From contig CAZJKG010000004.1 in assembly GCA_964546795.1 (NCBI GenBank), positions 18,994 to 82,993 of the forward strand: a stretch of DNA of 64,000 nucleotides, given 5' to 3'. Each line of letters opens with the position of its first letter. Position 1 is the first letter of the stretch. The translations under genes were made by a program, and so were the position numbers. The stretch is from an uncultured Candidatus Saccharibacteria bacterium (lineage in GTDB: Bacteria; Patescibacteriota; Minisyncoccia; Phycocordibacterales; Phycocordibacteraceae). This document shows positions 61,816 through 64,000 of this stretch, piece after piece. The notes beneath the pieces are model-generated. The model was not told the DNA's origin. It worked only from the letters and a program-made list of their open reading frames with translations, and did no database searches.

Positions 61816-62282
61816 TTACGCACTTTGTGCGCCTCCCAGGCGTCCTGGAGCGTCTTGAGGTCGGCCGGTTCAACGGCCTTTAATTTCTCGCCAACGCCAT
61901 CGCCCACGTAGCCATGCCTCGCCAATACGTCGTCTAACATGATGTCCGCCTCAATGATGGCCTCGCGCCACTCGCTCGCGCTCGTTCCGTTTATGAGCGA
62001 TTCAATGTGCTGCCAGCGTGCACTGACACTGCCCGTCTTCTCCGCCACAGGAAGGAGTGTGCTGTAATATTTTTCCTCGCGCTCCCGCAATTCAAAGAGA
62101 CGTACCGTCGCATAGACGATGACAAAGAGTCCGATAATGGAAAGGATATAGCCGATGACAGTAATCCAGATCCACACATGTGCGAGCGACGCAGAAAGTC
62201 CGGCCGAACCGAAGCATCCGCCATGGAAACAGTCGTAGATGAGACGGAACCAATATTCGACGTTGAGTTGATTGCCGGTCAT
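61713..62282 (-). CDS. Membrane protein (hypothetical)
   Basis: TM helix VWIWITVIGYILSIIGLFVIVYATV and a soluble C-terminal domain. Its 3' end overlaps the convergent LAGLIDADG ORF by about 100 bp. Confidence 0.4.
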   Translation of the reverse strand: MTGNQLNVEYWFRLIYDCFHGGCFGSAGLSASLAHVWIWITVIGYILSIIGLFVIVYATVRLFELREREEKYYSTLLPVAEKTGSVSARWQHIESLINGTSASEWREAIIEADIMLDDVLARHGYVGDGVGEKLKAVEPADLKTLQDAWEAHKVRNQIAHEGSAFNLSESLARRTIARFESVFRELKVI

Positions 62283-62465
62283 TCCCCCTAGTATAGACGA
62301 GAAACCCTAGGAGCCGCGCACTTTCTCCACTGCTTCGCTCCTCCGCTAAGAGCTACGAAGCTACGCAGTGCACAGCACTAACCTATAAGTATTCGGGGGC
62401 GTACTGATTGCAGCGAAACAGTGTCCTTTGAAGCATCGCTTCTTCGAGGGGCGTAGTAGGGCAAT

Positions 62466-63908
62466 TTATCGAGTATTCTCGACGACTTGCCCAATAGTAA
62501 AGAGTACTTCCTCTGCTTGATGTGGCGCGGTGAAATGGATGCCGACTGGCAACTGCTTCCCGTCCCGTTCCACAAAACCCATCGGAATGGAAAGAGCCGG
62601 CATGCCGGTAAGATTTGCAGTAATAGTAAAGATGTCTCCCAAATACATAGAGAGCGGATCGCTCATCTCTCCGAATTTGAACGCCGGGGATGGTGTCGTT
62701 GGAAAAGCGATAACATCGGCTTTCTCAAAAGCCGATATATATTCCTGGCGGAGCACCGAACGCGCCGCGTCCGCCTTGCGGTAATAGGCATCGATATAGC
62801 CGGAAGAGAGCACGAATGTACCGAGCAGGATGCGGCGGCGCGTCTCCTCCCCGAATCCCTCCGTCCGTGAATTGACGTAATCATCAAGCAATGTCTCACC
62901 GTGAGCGGCGAGCCCATAACGCATGCCGTCAAACCGTGCGAGATTGGTCGAGGCCTCGGCAGGCATGATGACATAATATGCCGCGAGCGCGTGGCCACTC
63001 GTCGGGAGCATAACGTCAACGAGCGTATGTCCTGCATGCACCAGCGAATCGAGTGTTGTGTTGAATGCGGCAAGAACATCTTCATCAACGCCTTCATTCA
63101 GGAGATGGCGCGGAACGCCGATGCGCATGTTTTTCGGAATCTTTTGCGCAGGATAGAGGTCGTCGGAAATAGTTGTGGCATCCAGAACGTCTTTCCCGCG
63201 AATTGCTTCGTAGAGAATGTGTGCGTCTTCAATCGTCTTGGTCAAAGGACCGATCTGATCGAGGGATGAACCAAGCGCGATGGCACCCGAGCGCGAGACG
63301 GCACCATAGGTCGGTTTGAATCCTACAAGGCCGGTCAACGCGGAGGGCTGGCGAATGGAACCACCGGTGTCGGTACCGAGTGCGGCGATAGCGAGATGAG
63401 CGGCGACAGCGGCGGCGGAGCCGCCGGAGGAGCCGCCGGGCACGCGAGAGGTATCGTGCGGATTCTTCGCCGGACCGAACGCCGAGTGTTCGGTTGAGGA
63501 ACCCATTGCAAATTCGTCCATATTGGTGCGTCCGAGGAAAAGCGCGCCGACCTCTTTCAATCTTTTCACGACCGTCGCATCATAGGTCGCCCGATAGTTT
63601 TCTAATATTTTTGACCCGGCGCTCGCAATCTTTCCTTCTATCAAAATATTGTCTTTGATCGCGAGCGGAATACCGCAGAGGAACGACATATCGTTTGCAT
63701 CAATGCGCTTCTGCGCGGCGGCGATCGCAGCATCGTCAGCATCAAAAATTTCGAGGAAGGCGTTCAATTCCGGATTCTTCGCGTGCGCCGCAGCGGCGCA
63801 CGCGTCCCAGAGTTCACGCACCGTAACGCGCGCCTGCCTGCCGGCAGGCAGGCGAAGTGCGCGCGCTGCCTCAGTTATCGTCATTTCATTTGGTTTTTTC
63901 ATAGGCAA
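62466..63908 (-). CDS. gatA: Glutamyl-tRNA(Gln) amidotransferase subunit A
   Basis: Amidase signature GGSSGGSAAAVAAHLAIAALGTDTGGSIRQPSALTGLVGFKPTYG with the Ser-cisSer-Lys triad context. Confidence 0.9.
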   Translation of the reverse strand: MPMKKPNEMTITEAARALRLPAGRQARVTVRELWDACAAAAHAKNPELNAFLEIFDADDAAIAAAQKRIDANDMSFLCGIPLAIKDNILIEGKIASAGSKILENYRATYDATVVKRLKEVGALFLGRTNMDEFAMGSSTEHSAFGPAKNPHDTSRVPGGSSGGSAAAVAAHLAIAALGTDTGGSIRQPSALTGLVGFKPTYGAVSRSGAIALGSSLDQIGPLTKTIEDAHILYEAIRGKDVLDATTISDDLYPAQKIPKNMRIGVPRHLLNEGVDEDVLAAFNTTLDSLVHAGHTLVDVMLPTSGHALAAYYVIMPAEASTNLARFDGMRYGLAAHGETLLDDYVNSRTEGFGEETRRRILLGTFVLSSGYIDAYYRKADAARSVLRQEYISAFEKADVIAFPTTPSPAFKFGEMSDPLSMYLGDIFTITANLTGMPALSIPMGFVERDGKQLPVGIHFTAPHQAEEVLFTIGQVVENTR

Positions 63909-63910
63909 GT

Positions 63911-63979
63911 CCGCAATACAAAAATCGGTAGTAGGACTTGGCCTAGCGGCCCGGAGCGCGACCGATTTTTGTATTGCGG
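63911..63979. promoter_or_regulatory. 19-bp-arm inverted repeat upstream of gatA
   Basis: ccgcaatacaaaaatcggt ... accgatttttgtattgcgg are perfectly complementary arms separated by 31 nt. Confidence 0.6.
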
Positions 63980-64000
63980 ACGCAACCGTATATCGTACTT

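Noticed and set aside
1-64000. rRNA genes and prophage structural genes
   Set aside because: No 16S/23S/5S signatures (for example anti-SD tail or GTP-ase centre motifs) and no capsid/terminase/portal-like ORFs were seen by eye; none is claimed.

Overview
This 64-kb window reads like a gene-dense, small-genome bacterial chromosome in the style of CPR/Patescibacteria; that lineage assignment is inference from gene content, not a search result. The core genes are htpX, a NUDIX hydrolase, lemA, malic enzyme, recG, ftsH, smpB with its tmRNA, pyrF, pyrE, typA, an NRAMP transporter, an ABC-F ATPase, a ccdA/thioredoxin redox cluster, pyrG, ftsEX, prfB and gatA. Around them sit several accessory elements. 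(1) A three-gene operon on the minus strand encodes two membrane-anchored cohesin-like paralogs and a secreted fibronectin-III/poly-Gly/dockerin protein. (2) Three paralogous ~80-aa GIY-YIG genes are present. One is inserted at the 5' end of tRNA-Ser, with a 15-bp duplication of the tRNA 5' end and a 20-bp palindrome. (3) A tRNA cluster (Thr, Thr, Asp, Met) is interleaved with an HNH endonuclease and a free-standing LAGLIDADG-type endonuclease. The tRNA-Thr(GGU) there carries a 185-nt intron after U36. A second locus holds a tRNA-fMet-like gene with a C1xA72 mismatch, split by a 252-nt group-I-like intron after U33. It is flanked by another GIY-YIG gene and another LAGLIDADG gene. (4) Downstream of smpB-ssrA lies a candidate RNase P RNA. 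It abuts an odd class II (Leu-like) tRNA that has a UGU (Thr) anticodon, a G3:U70 pair and an A73 discriminator. (5) Three copies of a 36-48-bp near-perfect palindrome flank a PaaX-like (Cas2-fold) regulator gene. (6) A 4691-aa secreted giant protein combines InlB-B-repeat-like Ig domains with an RHS/YD core. It contains a near-identical tandem repeat of about 770 bp with a 1329-bp period. It is co-oriented with a small membrane protein, a Cys-rich HEXXH metalloprotease and a lipoprotein. (7) Two hicB-hicA toxin-antitoxin modules and a stray prfB C-terminal remnant mark an accessory island between ftsE and prfB. All functional calls come from motif recognition by eye, and coordinates of RNA features are hand-derived.
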